Shown: positions 30,881 through 44,200 of the stretch, piece by piece
How the letters are laid out: every line of letters begins with the position of its first letter
Position numbering within the stretch: the first letter of the stretch is position 1
Source of the DNA: Macrostomum lignano
Lineage: Eukaryota
NCBI GenBank assembly: GCA_002269645.1
Contig: NIVC01000353.1
Span: 62,001-126,000 of the forward strand
DNA length: 64,000 bases
Direction of reading: 5' to 3'
The notes under the pieces: model-generated
Seen by the model: only the letters and a program-made list of their open reading frames with translations
What the model was told of the DNA's origin: nothing
Database searches by the model: none
Program-made: the position numbers and the translations under genes

Positions 30881-31111
30881 CATGCTTGCTATCTGGGGGA
30901 TGCTTGCTATCTGGGGGATGCTTGCTATTTGGGGGATGCTTGCTATCTGGGGGATGCTTGCTGTCTTGGGATGATTTCTTTTTGCATTACACTTTATTTG
31001 AGCAGTTTGTCTGTTGTCTTTGTCAAGGCTTTATTTGGCTGTCTTTTTGTTACTTGTAGAGAACAGAGATTCTATACAGATGCCCCCCAACGGGGGGGCG
31101 AAGATTGCTAG

Positions 31112-33466
31112 TCCTATATACTAAAAATGAAATGTGTGTCTCTGTGAGATAGATTTCAGAAAAAACGGCTTAACCGATTTTCTTCAAACTTGCACCATTT
31201 GATCAGAAATTTTTCTGGGACGGTACATGCATCTTGGCTAAGAAATTGCTCAATTTTAAAGGGATTAAATATTCGAAAAACATGCTTTTTTGCAAAGGTC
31301 AAGCCAAATTTTCGACTTGAAATGCATTGTAAGAATGCTAGGGAAAAAACTGACTGACTGAATTCCGATTGTGATAAAGATTGCATCACAAAAAGTTGAA
31401 AACAGTGTCAAAGAAATGCACACACGACTTGATAGAAATTGCGTAACCAATATTGCTAACTTAAATTGGACTGATACTGGCTGACTGAGAAATTGATTAT
31501 GTCATAACTTTTTACTCCAATTGACTTGCTGTAAGAATTGAATTATAAGGGCCACAATTCATGTTCTCAAATTAAAAAGAGATAGCCTAGATGCGAGTAG
31601 ACTGGACTGCTAATGTAGTGACCTGGGTTCGAATCTTAGTAGAGCAAAATAATTTTTTTGTTAAAACACCCTCAAAACACAAAATGCTAAACATAAAAGG
31701 GCCATCATGCCAAGCATATACGTGCCTCCATGTCGAACATTAAAGAGCCACCATGTCAAACATAAAAGAGCCACAATGTCCAACATTAGAGCCACCATGT
31801 CGAACATTAAAGAGCTACCATGTCAAACATTAAAGAGCCACCATTTCGAACATTAAAGGGCCACAATGTCAAAAATTAAAGAGTTACCATGTAAACATAA
31901 TAGAGCCATTCATGTTGAACATAAAGGAGCCACTATGTTGACATTAAAGAGCCACCATGTCAAACATTAAAGAGCCACCATTTCAAACATAAAAGAGCCA
32001 CTATATCAAACATTAAAGAGCTACCATTTCAAACATAAAAGAACCATCATGTCAAGCAGAAAAGAGCCACCATGTCAAACAATAAAGAGCCACCATTTCA
32101 AACATAAAAGAGCCACCATGTCAAACATAAAAGAGCCACTATGTAAAACATATATGTGACTCTATATCAAACATATACGTGACTTCATGTTGAACATTAA
32201 AGAGCCATCATGCTGAACATTAAAGAGCCACCATGTCAAACATATAAGAGACTTTATTTCAAACAAAAAGAGCTACCATGTTGAACATTAAAGAGCCACC
32301 ATGTCTGATATAAAAGAGCCACCATGTAGAACATAAAAGAGCCACCATGTTGAAAATTAAAGAGCCAACCTGTAAAACATTTAAAAGATTCACCATGTCA
32401 AACATATAAGTGACTTCATTTCAAACATAAAAGAGCCACCATGTCAAACATTAAAGAGTCACCATGTCAAACATATAAGAGTAAGAGACTTTATTTTAAA
32501 TATAAAAGAGCCACAATGTTGAGCATTAAAGAGCCACAATGTAAAACATAAAAACAACCATTTCGAACATTAAAGAGCCACAATGTCGAACATTAAAGAG
32601 CTACCATGTCAAACATTAAAGAGCCACCATGTCGAACATTAAAGAGCCACCATGTCGAACATTAACGAGCCACCATGTCAAACATTAAAGAGCCACCATT
32701 TTGAACATTAAAGAGTCATTATGTCAAACATTAAAGAGCCACTTTGTTGAATATTAAAGAGCCACTATGTCAAACATTAAAAAGCCACCATGTCAAACAT
32801 TAAAGAGCCACCATGTCGAACATAAAGGAGCCACCATGTTGAACATAAAGGAGCCACCATGTCGAACATAAAAGAACCACCATGTAGAACATAAAAGAGC
32901 CACCATGTCTGATATAAAAGAGCCACCATGTAGAACATAAAAGAGCCACCATGTTGAAAATTAAAGAGCCAACCTGTAAAACATTTAAAAGATTCACCAT
33001 GTCAAACATATAAGTGACTTCATTTCAAACATAAAAGAGCCACTATGTCAAACATAAAAGATACACAATTCAAAATGTAAAAGTGAGTGAATTTTAAAGG
33101 AGCCACTATAATGCTAAGGAAATTGTCTGGTGGATGCTTGCTATTTGGGGATGCTATCTATCTGGGGATTCTTGCTATCTAGGGGGTGCTTGCTATCTGG
33201 GGGATGCTTGCTATCTGGGGGATGCTTGCTATCTGGGGATGCTTGCTATCTGGGGGATGCTTGCTATTTGGTTGATGCTTGCAATCTGGGGGATGCTTGC
33301 TATCTGGGGGATGCTTGCTGTCTTGGGATGATTTTTTTTGCATTGCACTTCATTTGAGTAGTTTGTTTGTTTTCTTTGTGAAAGCTTTATTTGGCTATCT
33401 TCTTATTACTTGTAGAGAACAGAGATTCTATACAGATGTCCCCCAACGGGGGGCGAAGATTGCTAG
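31112..33466 (+). mobile_element. Helitron array unit U3, non-autonomous type A (satellite ~31690-33060; 18-bp repeats ~33130-33330)
   Basis: TC start after CTAG. The 5' diagnostic GAATTCCGATTGTGATAAAGATTGCATCACA and the 3' end GGCGAAGATTGCTAG are shared with U2; no coding region. Confidence 0.92.
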
Positions 33467-33487
33467 TCCTATATACTAAAAATGTGA

Positions 33488-33525
<38 letters not shown>

Positions 33526-36500
33526 ATAGATTAGAGAAAAAATGGCTGGACAGATTTTGTTCGAACTTGCACTGTTCGATCAGAAATTTTCCCGTGACTG
33601 TACATGCATCGTGGCTAAGAAATTGCTCGATGCTAAAGGCATTAAATATTCGAAAAAACATGCTTTTTTGCAAAGGTCAAGCAAACTTTTTGACTTGAAA
33701 AATGCATTGTAAGAATGCTAGAGAAAAAAATGACTGGTTGAATTCTGATTCTGAAATAGATTGCATCATAACTGAATTGTAACTCCGACTTGAATTGAAA
33801 ATGCAGTGTGGAAGCGTAGCACCAGACTTGATTTAAATTGCGTAACCATATTGTTAACTGATACTGACTGACTGAGAAACTGATTATGTCATAACTGCTT
33901 CGTGTGATTTACTCTATGCTTGGATTTAAAAGTGTTGAGTTATATAAGTGCAAAAGTTGATGTTATCAAAACGATGAGAGCTAGCCTAAAGGTGAACAAA
34001 TTGAACTGCTAAATGCAGTGACGATGGTTTGAATTTTCATAGAGTATAATTTTTTTAATTAAAGCTTTTCAACGTCAGGAAAACTAAAAGACTTTTTAAA
34101 AAGAAGCGTCATGTAAAAATCATAGAAGCGTCATTTACAAAATCATAGAAGCATCATTTAAAAAATCATAGAAGCGTCTTGTAAACAATCATAGAAGCGT
34201 CATTTAAAAAATCATAGAAGCGTCATGTAAAAAATCATAGAAGCGTCATGTTAAAAATCATAGAAGCATCATTTAAAAAATCATAGAAGCGTCATGTAAA
34301 AATCATAGAAGCGTCATGTAAACAATCATAGAAGCGTCATGTAAACAATCATAGAAGCGTCATGTAAACAATCATAGAAGCGTCATAAAAAAACCATAGA
34401 AGCGTCATGTAAACAAGCATAGAAGCGTCATGTAAAAATCATAGAAGCGTCATGTAAACAATCATAGAAGCGTCATGTAAACAATCATAGAAGCGTCATG
34501 TAAACAATCATAGAAGCGTCATGTAAACAATCATAGAAGCGTCATGTAAAAAAATCATAGAAGCGTCATGTAAACAAGCATAGAAGCGTCATGTAAAAAT
34601 CAAAGAAGCGTCATGTAAACAATCATAGAAGCGTCATGTAAACAATCATAGAAGCGTCATAAAAAAACCATAGAAGCGTCATGTAAACAATCATAGAAGC
34701 GTCATAAAAAAACCATAGAAGCGTCATGTAAACAAGCATAGAAGCGTCATGTAAACAATCATAGAAGCGTCATGTAAACAATCATAGAAGCGTCATGTAA
34801 AAATCATAGAAGCGTCATGTAAACAATCATAGAAGCGTCATGTAAACAATCATAGAAGCGTCATGTAAAAAATCATAGAAGCGTCATGTAAACAATCATA
34901 GAAGCGTCATGTAAACAATCATAGAAGCGTCATGTAAACAATCATAGAAGAGTCATGTAAACAATCATAGAAGCGTCATGTAAACAATCATAGAAGCGTC
35001 ATGTAAACAAGCATAGAAGCGTCATGTAAACAAGCATAGAAGCGTCATGTAAAAAATCATAAAAGCGTCATGTAAAAAATCATAAAAGCGTCATTTAAAA
35101 AATCATAGTTGCGTCATGTAAAAATCATAGAAGCGTCATGCAAACAATACTAGAAGCGTCATGGTAAAATCATAGAAGCGTCATGCAAACAATCATAGAA
35201 GCCTCATATAAAAACTAATGAAAGTGTCATTTAAAAAATTAAGAAGAATAATGGAAGAATAAAAGAAGCGTCATGTAAAAATCAAAAGAAGCGCCATGTC
35301 AGACATGAAAGGTGTCATATAAAAATTAAATGAAGCTATAGTACAGTGCTGTGCTGGGGAGAATTACTGAGACGTCAAGGCTCACAGAGAATAACTGAGA
35401 TTACAGGTGGGGGGGGGTTTCTGAGATGTCAAAGCAAAAGTCAGAAGCTACTTCAAAGTTCATGTACTTTACTCAATTTTTATTACATTCATTGTTGGCT
35501 CGCCACAGGGGGGGGGCGCTGATATAGAAGCAGAGTCATGTAAAAAATAAAAGTAGCACTATGTATACATATAAGAAAAGTCATGTCGAAGTTAAAAGAT
35601 TCATTTGGGAATTGCTACAATGTCAAAGCTTGGTGGAAATCGTTATAGTGCTGTGATTCTTAAAGAAAGAATCACTAAAATGTCAAGGCTTAGGGGAGAA
35701 GAATTGCTGAGATTTCAAGGCTTTAGGTTCGGTTAAAGTTAGGTTTAGGTCAGGTGTGGGTTGAGGGTTATATTTTATCGGGTTTCAAGGTTAACAGGGG
35801 ATTTTTTAGATTTCAAGGTTTATGGGGGCCATTGCTGACATGTCAAGGCTTACGGGGGAATAGCTGAGATGTCAAGGCTCACGGGGTATAAATGAGATAT
35901 CAAGGCTAAAGTCAGAAGCTACATGTAGTTTATTGAAAACTTTTTATTACATTATTTGATGCCTCCTCAGGGAGGGATCGCTGATAAAAAAGCGTAATGT
36001 AAAAAATAAAGAAGCTTCATGTCGAAGTTAAGAGATTCATTTGGGAATCCCTACGATGTTGAGGCTTGCAAGGAATCGCTATAATGCTGCAGGGGCGTAG
36101 CCAGGAATTTTGTTTGGGGGGGCCTTGAGTTAGGGGGCGCCAGCTTCTTATAGGGGGGGGGGGCGCCAGTTTCTTGTAGGGGGGCGCCAGTTTCTTTTAG
36201 GGGGCGCCAGTTTCTTTTAGGGGGCGCCAGTTTCTTTTAGGGGGGCGCCAGTTTATTTTAGGGCGGGCGCCAGTTTCTTATAGGGGGCGCCAGTTTCTTT
36301 TAGGAGGGGGGGCGCCAGTTTCTTTAAGGGGGGCGCCAGTTTCTTTTAGGGGGGGCGCCAATGCCAGAGTTGGTGATTATGGGGGGGGCCACGGCCCCCC
36401 TTGCCCCCCCTCTGGTTACGCCCCTGTAATGCTGTAGTAGTGCTATAATGACTCTTAGAGAGAATTACTGAAATTTCAATGCTTTAGGGTTAGGGTTAGG

Positions 36501-36751
36501 GTTAGGGTTAGGCTAGGGTTAGGGTTAGAAGGTTGACAGATATTTTTAGATTTCCAAGGCTTATTGGGGGCATTGCTGAGATGTCAAGGGGGGAAGTTGA
36601 TATGTTAAAGCTTGTGGGGGGGGATAACTGACATGTCAAGGCTTACAAGGTTTGACAGGAGATTTTTTAAGATTTTAAGGATACATGTAGCTTATTAAAA
36701 AAACGTGTATTGCATTTCTTTGGCTCCCCAACGGGGGGCGTAGATTGCTAG
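33467..36751 (+). mobile_element. Helitron array unit U4, non-autonomous type B (satellite ~34100-35200; TTAGGG tract 36484-36528)
   Basis: TC...hairpin-CTAG termini; the 5' part closely matches the solo element at 519-3293. Confidence 0.93.
36090..36426. mobile_element. hAT-type MITE nested in U4
   Basis: 15-bp TIRs CAGGGGCGTAGCCAG / CTGGTTACGCCCCTG and an 8-bp TSD TAATGCTG (36082-36089, 36427-36434). The empty site is visible in U1, U6 and the solo element. Internal GGGGCGCCAGTTTCTTTTA repeats. Confidence 0.9.
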
Positions 36752-39700
36752 TCCTATATACTAAAAATGAAAATCTTGCTTGTTTGTACGCAATCGATTA
36801 GAGAAAAAATGGCTGGACCGATTTTCTTCGAACTTGCACTGTCCGATCAGAAATTTTCCCGTGACGGTACATGCATCTTGGCTAAGAAATTGCTCCATGT
36901 TAAAGCGATTAAATATTCGAAAAGCATGCTTTTTTGCAAAGGTCAAGCAAACTTTTCGACTTGAAATGCATTGTAATAATGCTAGAGAAAAAACTGACTG
37001 GTTGAATACTGATTCTGAAATAGATTGCATCATAACTGAATTGTAACTCCAACTTGAATTGAAAATGCAGTGTGGAAGCGTAGCACCAGACTTGATTTAA
37101 ATTGCGTAACCATATTGTTAACTGATACTGACTGACTGAGAAACTGATTATGTCATAACTGCCTCGTGTGATTTACTCTATGCTTGGATTTTAAAGTGTT
37201 GAATTATATAAGTGCAAAATTTGATGTTATCAAAACGATGAGAGCTAGCCTAGAGGTGAACAAACTGAACTGCCAAATGCAGCGACGATGGTTCGAATTT
37301 TCATAGAGTATAATTTTTTTAATTAAAGCTTTTCAACTTCAGGAAAACTAAAAGACTTTTTAAAAAGAAGCGTCATGTAAAAAATCATAGAAGTGTCATG
37401 TAAACAATCATAGAAGCGCCATGTAAAAAATCGTAAAAGCGTTATATAAAAAATCATAGAAGCGTAATGTAAAAAATCATAGAATCGCCATGTAAAAATC
37501 GTAAAAGCGTTATATAAAAATCATGGAAGTGTAATGTAAAAAATCATAGAAGCGTCATGTAAAAAATCATAGAAGCGTCATGAAAAAATCATAGAAGCGT
37601 CATGTAAACAATCATAGAAGCGTCCTGCAAACAATCATAGAAGCGTCATGTAAAAATCATAGAAGCGTCATGAAAAAATCATAGAAGCGTCATGTAAACA
37701 ATCATAGAAGCGTCATGCAAACAATCATAGAAGCGTCATGTAAAAGTCAAAAAAGCGTCATAAAAAATCATAGAAGCGTCATGAAAAAATCATGGAAGCG
37801 TCATGAAAAAATAATAAAAGCGTCATGTAATAATCATAGAAGCGTCATGCAAAAATCATAGAAGCGTCATGAAAAAATCATAGAAGCGTCATGTAAAAAT
37901 CATAGAACCGTCATGTAAACAATCATAGTAGCGTCATTAAAAATCATAGAAGCGTCATGCAAACAATCATAGTAGCGTCATGTAAAAATCATAGAAGCGT
38001 CATGCAGACAATCATAGTAGCGTCATTTAAAAAATCATAGAAGCGGCATGTAAACAATCATAGAAGCGTCATGTAAAAGTCAAAATAGCGTCATAAAAAA
38101 TCATAGAAGCGTCATAAAAAATCATCGAAGTGACATGAAAAAATCATAGAAGCGTAATGTAAAAAATCATAGAGGCGTCATGAAAAAATCATAGAAGTGA
38201 CATGAAAAAACCATTAATGCGTCATGTAAACAAGCATAGAAGCGTCATGTAAAAATCAAAGAAGCGTCATGTAAACAATCATAGAAGCGTCATGTAAACA
38301 ATCATAGAAGCGTCATGAAAAAATCATAGAAGCGTCATGTAAAAAAAGCATAAAAGCGTCTTGTAAAAAATCATAGAAGCGTCATGTAAACAATCATAGA
38401 AGCGTCATAAAAAAACCATAGAAGCGTCATGTAAACAAGCATAGAAGCGTCATGTAAAAATCATAGAAGCGTCATGTAAACAATCATAGAAGCGTCATGT
38501 AAACAATCATAGAAGCGTCATGTAAACAATCATAGAAGCGTCATGTAAAAATCATAGAAGCGTCATGTAAAAAAATCATAGAAGCGTCATGTAAAAATCA
38601 TAGAAGCGTCATGTAAAAAAATCATAGAAGCGTCATGTAAACAAGCATAGAAGCGTCATGTAAAAATCAAAGAAGCGTCATGTAAACAATCATAGAAGCG
38701 TCATGTAAACAATCATAGAAGCGTCATAAAAAAACCATAGAAGCGTCATGTAAACAATCATAGAAGCGTCATAAAAAAACCATTGAAGCGTCATGTAAAC
38801 AAGCATAGAAGCGTCATGTAAACAATCATAGAAGCGTCATGTAAACAATCATAGAAGTGTCATGTAAAAAATCATCGAAGCGTCATGTAAACAAGCATAG
38901 AAGCGTCATGTAAACAATCATAGAAGCGTCATGTAAACAATCATAGAAGAGTCATGTAAACAATCATAGAAGCGTCATGTAAACAATCATAGAAGCGTCA
39001 TGTAAACAATCATAGAAGCGTCATAAAAAAACCATAGAAGCGTCATGTAAACAAGCATAGAAGCGTCATGTAAAAATCATAGAAGCGTCATGTAAACAAT
39101 CATAGAAGCGTCATGTAAACAATCATAGAAGCGTCATGTAAACAATCATAGAAGCGTCATGTAAACAATCATAGAAGCGTCATGTAAAAAAATCATAGAA
39201 GCGTCATGTAAACAAGCATAGAAGCGTCATGTAAAAATCAAAGAAGCGTCATGTAAACAATCATAGAAGCGTCATGTAAACAATCATAGAAGCGTCATAA
39301 AAAACCATAGAAGCGTCATGTAAACAATCATAGAAGCGTCATGTAAAAAATCATAGAAGCGTCATGTAAACAATCATAGAAGCGTCATGTAAACAATCAT
39401 AGAAGCGTCATGTAAACAATCATAGAAGAGTCATGTAAACAATCATAGAAGCGTCATGTAAACAATCATAGAAGCGTCATGTAAACAAGCATAGAAGCGT
39501 CATGTAAACAAGCATAGAAGCGTCATGTAAAAAATCATAAAAGCGTCATGTAAAAAATCATAAAAGCGTCATTTAAAAAATCATAGTTGCGTCATGTAAA
39601 AATCATAGAAGCGTCATGCAAACAATACTAGAAGCGTCATGGTAAAATCATAGAAGCGTCATGCAAACAATCATAGAAGCCTCATATAAAAACTAATGAA

Positions 39701-41213
39701 AGTGTCATTTAAAAAATTAAGAAGAATAATGGAAGAATAAAAGAAGCGTCATGTAAAAATCAAAAGAAGCGCCATGTCAGACATGAAAGGTGTCATATAA
39801 AAATTAAATGAAGCTATAGTACAGTGCTGTGCTGGGGAGAATTACTGAGACGTCAAGGCTCACAGAGAATAACTGAGATTACAGGTGGGGGGGGGGGTTT
39901 CTGAGATGTCAAAGCAAAAGTCAGAAGCTACTTCAAAGTTCATGTACTTTACTCAATTTTTATTACATTCATTGTTGGCTCGCCACAGGGGGGGGGCGCT
40001 GATATAGAAGCAGAGTCATGTAAAAAATAAAAGTAGCACTATGTATACATATAAGAAAAGTCATGTCGAAGTTAAAAGATTCATTTGGGAATTGCTACAA
40101 TGTCAAAGCTTGGTGGAAATCGTTATAGTGCTGTGATTCTTAAAGAAAGAATCACTAAAATGTCAAGGCTTAGGGGAGAAGAATTGCTGAGATTTCAAGG
40201 CTTTAGGTTCGGTTAAAGTTAGGTTTAGGTCAGGTGTGGGTTGAGGGTTATATTTTATCGGGTTTCAAGGTTAACAGGGGATTTTTTAGATTTCAAGGTT
40301 TATGGGGGCCATTGCTGACATGTCAAGGCTTACGGGGGGAATAGCTGAGATGTCAAGGCTCACGGGGGTATAAATGAGATATCAAGGCTAAAGTCAGAAG
40401 CTACATGTAGTTTATTGAAAACTTTTTATTACATTATTTGATGCCTCCTCAGGGGAGGGATCGCTGATAAAAAAGCGTAATGTAAAAAATAAAAGAAGCT
40501 TCATGTCGAAGTTAAGAGATTCATTTGGGAATCCCTACGATGTTGAGGCTTGCAAGGAATCGCTATAATGCTGCAGGGCGTAGCCAGGAATTTTGTTTGG
40601 GGGGGGCCTTGAGTTAGGGGGCGCCAGCTTCTTATAGGGGGGGGGCGCCAGTTTCTTGTAGGGGGGGCGCCAGTTTCTTTTAGGGGGGCGCCAGTTTCTT
40701 TTAGGGGGCGCCAGTTTATTTTAGGGCGGGCGCCAGTTTCTTATAGGGGGCGCCAGTTTCTTTTAGGAGGGGGGGCGCCAGTTTCTTTAAGGGGGCGCCA
40801 GTTTCTTTTAGGGGGGGCGCCAATGCCAGAGTTGGTGATTATGGGGGGGGGCCACGGCCCCCCTTGCCCCCCCTCTGGTTACGCCCCTGTAATGCTGTAG
40901 TAGTGCTATAATGACTCTTAGAGAGAATTACTGAAATTTCAATGCTTTAGGGTTAGGGTTAGGGTTAGGGTTAGGCTAGGGTTAGGGTTAGAAGGTTGAC
41001 AGATATTTTTAGATTTCCAAGGCTTATTGGGGGCATTGCTGAGATGTCAAGGGGGGAAGTTGATATGTTAAAGCTTGTGGGGGGGATAACTGACATGTCA
41101 AGGCTTACAAGGTTTGACAGGAGATTTTTTAAGATTTTAAGGATACATGTAGCTTATTAAAAAAACGTGTATTGCATTTCTTTGGCTCCCCAACGGGGGA
41201 CGTAGATTGCTAG
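36752..41213 (+). mobile_element. Helitron array unit U5, non-autonomous type B (satellite ~37370-39680; TTAGGG tract 40947-40991)
   Basis: TC...hairpin-CTAG termini; 5' half near-identical to U6, 3' half near-identical to U4. Confidence 0.93.
40574..40889. mobile_element. hAT-type MITE nested in U5 (same insertion site as in U4)
   Basis: Same TIRs and the same TAATGCTG TSD at the homologous position. Confidence 0.9.
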
Positions 41214-44200
41214 TCCTATATACTAAAAATGAAAATCTTGCTTGTTTGTACGCAATCGATTAGAGAAAAAATGGCTGGACCGATTTTCTTCGAACTTGCA
41301 CTGTCCGATCAGAAATTTTCCCGTGACGGTACATGCATCTTGGCTAAGAAATTGCTCCATGTTAAAGCGATTAAATATTCGAAAAGCATGCTTTTTTGCA
41401 AAGGTCAAGCAAACTTTTCGACTTGAAATGCATTGTAATAATGCTAGAGAAAAAACTGACTGGTTGAATTCTGATTCTGAAATAGATTGCATCATAACTG
41501 AATTGTAACTCCAACTTGAATTGAAAATGCAGTGTGGAAGCGTAGCACCAGACTTGATTTAAATTGCGTAACCATATTGTTAACTGATACTGACTGACTG
41601 AGAAACTGATTATGTCATAACTGCCTCGTGTGATTTACTCTATGCTTGGATTTTAAAGTGTTGAATTATATAAGTGCAAAATTTGATGTTATCAAAACGA
41701 TGAGAGCTAGCCTAGAGGTGAACAGACTGAACTGCTAAATGCAGCGACGATGGTTCGAATTTTCATAGAGTATAATTTTTTTAATTAAAGCTTTTCAACT
41801 TCAGGAAAACTAAAAGACTTTTTAAAAAGAAGCGTCATGTAAAAAATCATAGAAGTGTCATGTAAACAATCATAGAAGCGCCATGTAAAAAATCGTAAAA
41901 GCGTTATATAAAAATCATAGAAGCGTAATGTAAAAAATCATAGAATCGCCATGTAAAAATCGTAAAAGCGTTATATAAAAATCATGGAAGTGTAATGTAA
42001 AAAATCATAGAAGCGTCATGTAAAAAATCATAGAAGCGTCATGAAAAAATCATAGAAGCGTCATGTAAACAATCATAGAAGCGTCCTGCAAACAATCATA
42101 GAAGCGTCATGTAAAAATCATAGAAGCGTCATGAAAAAATCATAGAAGCGTCATGTAAACAATCATAGAAGCGTCATGCAAACAATCATAAAAGCGTCAT
42201 GTAAAAGTCAAAAAAGCGTCATAAAAAATCATAGAAGCGTCATGAAAAAATCATGGAAGCGTCATGAAAAAATAATAAAAGCGTCATGTAATAATCATAG
42301 AAGCGTCATGCAAAAATCATAGAAGCGTCATGAAAAAATCATAGAAGCGTCATGTAAAAATCATAGAACCGTCATGTAAACAATCATAGTAGCGTCATTA
42401 AAAATCATAGAAGCGTCATGCAAACAATCATAGTAGCGTCATGTAAAAATCATAGAAGCGTCATGCAGACAATCATAGTAGCGTCATTTAAAAAATCATA
42501 GAAGCGGCATGTAAACAATCATAGAAGCGTCATGTAAAAGTCAAAATAGCGTCATAAAAAATCATAGAAGCGTCATAAAAAATCATCGAAGTGACATGAA
42601 AAAATCATAGAAGCGTAATGTAAAAAATCATAGAAGCGTCATGAAAAAATCATAGAAGTGACATGAAAAAACCATTAATGCGTCATGTAAAAAATCATGG
42701 AAGCGTCATGCAAAAATCATAGAAGCGTCATGAAAAAATCATAGAAGCGTCATGTAAAAATCATAGAAGCGTCATGTAAAAATCATAGAAGCGTCATGTA
42801 AAAAATCATAGAAGCGTCATGTAAACAATCATAGAAGCGTCATGTAAACAATCATAGAAGCGTCATGAAAAAATCATAGAAGCGTCATGTAAAAAAAGCA
42901 TAAAAGCGTCATGTAAAAAATCATAGAAGCGTCATGTAAACAATCATAGAAGCGTCATAAAAAACCATAGAAGCGTCATGTAAACAAGCATAGAAGCGTC
43001 ATGTAAAAATCATAGAAGCGTCATGCAAAATTCATAGAAGCGTCATGTAAAAATCATAGAAGCGTCATGTAAAAAAATCATAGAAGCGTCATGTAAACAA
43101 GCATAGAAGCGTCATGTAAAAATCAAAGAAGCGTCATGTAAACAATCATAGAAGCGTCATGTAAACAATCATAGAAGCGTCATGAAAAAATCATAGAAGC
43201 GTCATGTAAAAAAAGCATAAAAGCGTCATGTAAAAAATCATAGAAGCGTCATGTAAACAATCATAGAAGCGTCATAAAAAAACCATAGAAGCGTCATGTA
43301 AACAAGCGTAGAAGCGTCATGTAAAAATCATAGAAGCGTCATGTAAACAATCATAGAAGCGTCATAAAAAAACCATAGAAGCGTCATGTAAACAAGCATA
43401 GAAGCGTCATGTAAAAATCATAGAAGCGTCATGTAAACAATCATAGAAGCGTCATGTAAACAATCATAGAAGCGTCATGTAAACAATCATAGAAGCGTCA
43501 TGTAAAAATCATAGAAGCGTCATGTAAAAAAATCATAGAAGCGTCATGTAAAAATCATAGAAGCGTCATGTAAAAAAATCATAGAAGCGTCATGTAAACA
43601 AGCATAGAAGCGTCATGTAAAAATCAAAGAAGCGTCATGTAAACAATCATAGAAGCGTCATGTAAACAATCATAGAAGCGTCATAAAAAAACCATAGAAG
43701 CGTCATGTAAACAATCATAGAAGCGTCATAAAAAAACCATAGAAGCGTCATGTAAACAAGCATAGAAGCGTCATGTAAACAATCATAGAAGCGTCATGTA
43801 AAAATCATAGAAGCGTCATGTAAAAAATCATAGAAGCGTCATGTAAACAATCATAGAAGCGTCATGTAAACAATCATAGAAGCGTCATAAAAAACCATAG
43901 AAGCGTCATGTAAACAAGCATAGAAGCGTCATGTAAAAATCATAGAAGCGTCATGTAAACAATCATAGAAGCGTCATGTAAACAATCATAGAAGCGTCAT
44001 GTAAACAATCATAGAAGCGTCATGTAAACAATCATAGAAGCGTCATGTAAAAAAATCATAGAAGCGTCATGTAAACAAGCATAGAAGCGTCATGTAAAAA
44101 TCAAAGAAGCGTCATGTAAACAATCATAGAAGCGTCATGTAAACAATCATAGAAGCGTCATAAAAAAACCATAGAAGCGTCATGTAAACAATCATAGAAG

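Larger units (their letters stand above)
20971..31111 (+). mobile_element. Helitron array unit U2, autonomous-type (type A) encoding RepHel
   Basis: Starts TCCTATATACTAAAAATG directly after the CTAG of U1; contains the Rep/helicase gene; ends GCCCCCCAACGGGGGGGCGAAGATTGCTAG at 31111. Confidence 0.92.
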
